A stretch of DNA of 64,000 nt, taken from assembly GCA_973895155.1 (NCBI GenBank), contig OZ316891.1:32127208-32191207 (forward strand). Direction: 5' to 3'. Positions 60,236-64,000 of this stretch are shown piece after piece. The position numbers were made by a program, and so were the translations under genes. Origin of the DNA: Marsupella aquatica (taxonomy: Eukaryota > Plantae > Marchantiophyta). The notes below the pieces were generated by a model, which saw nothing but the letters and a program-made list of their open reading frames with translations, did no database searches and was not told where the DNA came from. Within the stretch, counting starts at the first letter, position 1. The number at the start of each line of letters is the position of its first letter.

Positions 60236-63200
60236 TGTAATAGGAAAGGGCATCTGGCTAGGGACTGTCTTACTATTGAGTGTTGAGCATAGACGACATT
60301 CACAACGGCAAGCCCATGAACCATCCAACGCACAATAGCCAACACACACAGATATGTGATTCACCTCCACATGAGGCTACGTCCACGGGAACACACAAGA
60401 GCTTTACTGCACTCTAGGTCGACCGGCCATACCAAGCATCCACAGCACAAGCTCTCCCTATCTCTCAACTAGCTCCGTAACAATGAGCCTAAGTTCCACC
60501 AGGGTCTGGCATCAGCCCTGGCTATATGCACAACAGCACTACTGCTAACATTAGCTAAGTCCTAACCCTAGTTAGACTAACTATGGTTAGCTCATGAGTC
60601 ACAAGACTAGAGCAATATCTAACAAACTCCCCCTTGACTCTTGTCTTGGGGACTGGACTAAATGCTACCATATGGAATCCTTAACGGGAAGTTCTAGACA
60701 ATCACCAAACCAGGTCTCCCCCTAAAAACCACAAGGGTTAACTAAAGGTTAACTAGAACTAAGCTGTAGCCAAACATGAATGAGTACTCCATATACAAAT
60801 AGTCACACATTGCTAAATAACTCTACTTGCACTACAACTGCAAAACCTGCAAAGTAGCACAGTGTCTTGAGAAACTCTCGAAATGAATCACTTTGGTAAA
60901 GATATCAACGGGATATATTGAGCTTTCTATCAATCTTGACTAGCTCAAAAGTTTTATCAGACACTGCTTGCCTGATAAAATGGTACCTGATATCAATGTG
61001 CTTCACCCTGCTATCCATCACCTGGTTAGCAGCCAAGTGAAGAGCACTCTGACTATCACAGTTTAGAGTCATTTTGCCATGCTCTAAACCCATCTCCGCA
61101 ATCAACTTGTCCAACCAAATTTTTTCCTTTGCAGCTTTTGTTGCTGCAACATACTCTGCTTCTGTAATAGACTGAGATATACACTTCTGTAAGGTAAATT
61201 TCCAACTTATACATCCTCCTCCAAGAGTAAACCCTAAACCCTAAACCCTAAACCCTAAACTTATACATCCTCCTCCAAGAGTAAACCCTAAACCCTAAAC
61301 CCTAAACCCTAATACAAATCCATTTGTAGACCTCCTTGTGTCCAGATAGCCTCCATAGTCAGAATCTACATAGCCAACCAATGTGCTATCTGATCTGTTA
61401 TCAAATAGTAATCCATAGTCATGTGTTCCCTTCACATACTTGAGAATCCATTTCACAGCTTTCCAGTGTACCTTCCCTGGATTTGACATGAATATGCTAA
61501 CCTTGCCCATTGCTAGGGCCAAGTCAGGCCTAGTACAAGTCATCAAATACATCAGACTATCTACTGCCTTCTCATAAGGAATCTTAGTCATCAGACCTTT
61601 CTCCACAACCTCTGTAGGAGAGAAAGCTGATGATAACTTGAAATGTGAAGCTAAAGGAATACTACTGGCTTACAGTTTTTCATGCTGAATTGTGCAAGTA
61701 CTTTCCTTGCATACTGGCCTTGACTCAAGCACAACTGTCCAGTATCAGAGTTCCTAAAAATCTCCATCCCGAAGATCCTCTTGGCCTTACCAAGATCCTT
61801 CATCCTGAATTCAGCACTCAATTTCACCTTACGACTGTCAACCTCAGATTGATCTTTAGCCACAATCAGCATGTCATCCACATAGATCACCAAAATGATC
61901 AAACCAAATATATCATTCTTGACTGATTTTGTATACACACAAGAATCATACACCATCCTTGTAAAACCTTGAGCAAGCATGAAATCATCAAACTGCTTGT
62001 TCCACTGTCTGGGAGATTGCTTCAATCCATACAAGGACTTGAGCAATCTGCAAACTAACTTCTCTTGGCCCTTCTTCATAAACCCTAGTGGCTGTCTCAT
62101 GAAGATCAACTCTTCCAAATTGCCATAAAGAAAAGTAGTAACAACATCCATATAATCCATCACCAGACCAAAAAACACAACAAATTGACACAAGATCCAA
62201 ATTGTGGAATACTTAGCCATGGGTGAAAAGACCTCATTGTAATCTACTCCTTTCTCCTGAGTGAATCCCTTGGCAACAAGCCTTGCCTTGTAGATCTTAT
62301 CTCCATCCTCTAAAGGACTGTCCTTCAACTTGTAAATCCACTTGCTGTCCATCACTTGCTGACCTCTTGGAAGCTCCATCAACTCCCATGTCTTGTTGTC
62401 ACTCAAAGATTGCAACTCCCTCTACATTGTTGCATTCCACTCATGCTTCTGCTCTGAAGCAAAAGCCTCATTGTACGAAGAAGGCTCTCCTTCTTCCAAG
62501 ATCAAAGCCATATCATCTTCATCAGGTGCAATGTCAATATCATCTAGCTTAGATGAGTCTGCCCATTGACCATACCTAGTAGGACCTCTAGTAGAACAAC
62601 TGGAAGTTCTTCTAGTAGATGATTTAGGCTGATCTGCTGCTGCTGCTGCTGGCTGAATTTGAGGCACCCCAGCAACAATCTGCTCCTCTTGTTCCATCAC
62701 AGGAACTAGCTCCAAGCCCGGAGCTTCTCCATCTCTCCTGTCATGAATAGCATCATGACTAATCTCCCCCTCAACCCGGTCCGGGATGGGAGATTTCCCC
62801 TTGTCAATATGGGAGTCCTGAGAACTCTCCCCCTCCTTTGATGATCTGAATTCATTAAAGGACACATCTCTACTGACAATTAGTTTATAGGTTACTGGAT
62901 CCCATAACCTATAACCCTTCACACCTTTTTGATAACCAAGAAAAATGCACTTCTTTGACTTGGACTCCAGCTTGGATCAAAGCTGGGAAGGTGTAAGCAC
63001 ATAAGCATCACATCCAAAAATCCTCAGATGTGAATAATCTGGTAGACGCCCGTACCTCATTTCAAATGGCGTCTTGAATCCAATAGAACTGGATGGAGAA
63101 AAATTTACCAAAAAAGCTGTAGTGTTGACAATTTCAGCCCAAAACTCATGTGGTAAGCATGATTGACTCAACATACTCATCAAGCGGTCCAATAGTGTTT

Positions 63201-64000
63201 GGTTGAGTCTCTCAAAAACACCATTCTACTGAGGAGTATAACTCGTTGTGAGATGGCGGATAATCCCCTGCTCCTTACAATACGTTCTAAATTCCCCAAA
63301 ATTGTATTCACCTTCGTTATTCGATCGAAGATATCTCACCTTGTTACCACTCCAATTCTCAACTTGGGCTTTCCACTCCTTAAAAGTGGCAAAAACATCA
63401 AATTTATTGTGTAGAAAGTATATCCACATATACCTTAAATAATCGTCTATGAACGTGATATAGTATAACCGTCCAGAATGTGAGGGAGTAGGGGCTGGAC
63501 CCCACACATCACTATGTACATACTCAAGTACCTCCTTGCTGGTGTGAGTTCCAACTCCAAAGGGTTTCTTGTGCTACTTCCCAAGCACACAGTGCTCACA
63601 AAATTTTAACTTACAAGATTGCAAATTAGAAAGTAATCCTTTCTTCTGAAGAATAACCAAACCTTTTTCACTCATGTGGCCCAAACAGAAGTGCCACAAC
63701 CGGGCCGTCTCCTCATGAGATAAGGTTACATTGGCTTCATCACAGACTACAATGCCCTCCAAAACGTATAGATTGTTATGTCTTTTTCCCTTCAATACAA
63801 CTTTAGTACCAGTTGAAACATGAAAGACACCATTAGCAGAACTCCATTGATGGCCATTTGCTTCTAAAACTCCAAGTGAAATGAGATTTTTTATCATGCT
63901 GGGAATATGTCTCGAATTCCTCAACGTTCTCATAGCACCATCAAACATTTAAAATCTTACAGATCCAAGTCAAACATTGACATGGGATTCCATTTCCCAT
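60236..64000 (-). mobile_element. Ty1/Copia LTR retrotransposon, degenerate (3' LTR 60236-60624)
   Basis: GAG-pre-integrase LWH..LGHMS, integrase, RT (YKARLVAKG, SLYGLKQSPRQW, YVDDML) and RNase H (KHIDIRYHFIR) in Copia order; PPT AAGGGGGAGTT at 60625-60635; many stops. Confidence 0.95.
61204..61312. repeat. Interstitial plant telomere repeats (CCCTAAA)n within a 54-bp tandem duplication
   Basis: Two units of AACTTATACATCCTCCTCCAAGAG followed by (TAAACCC)4. Confidence 0.92.

Overview
Plant nuclear DNA, probably from a bryophyte or another non-seed plant (inferred from the repeat content), made mostly of nested transposons. From left to right: (A) a young non-chromovirus Ty3/Gypsy element (480-12114, minus strand) with a CCCTC TSD, a tRNA-Asp PBS, a deleted pol and two extra 3' ORFs. 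It sits inside the LTR of (B), a second Ty3/Gypsy element (<1-24185, minus, tRNA-Asn-type PBS) whose ~3.9-kb LTRs each carry a very large ORF. Next come a decayed CACTA transposase interrupted by (C), a non-autonomous relative of A, and (D), a relative of B inserted into C's LTR that also has an ORF-bearing ~4-kb LTR and is truncated at ~38670. Then comes a two-gene DNA transposon: a Sola-like DDD transposase faces away from a spliced gene with a ParB/Srx-like motif, and the region is dotted with 17-bp palindromes. The transposase is interrupted by a 3.35-kb TIR element. The window ends with a 9-exon CYP85-clan (CYP707A-like) P450 broken by an exon-2 deletion, SINEs and MITEs, a LINE ORF1 relic, and a decayed Copia element containing an interstitial telomere repeat. 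Most notable: the ParB-like gene with parS-like palindromes in a DNA transposon; LTR-encoded ORFs with a duplicated PPT that suggests how they arose; three different PR-to-RT junctions; and a second retropepsin-like ORF. All family assignments come from motifs recognised by eye; no searches were run.
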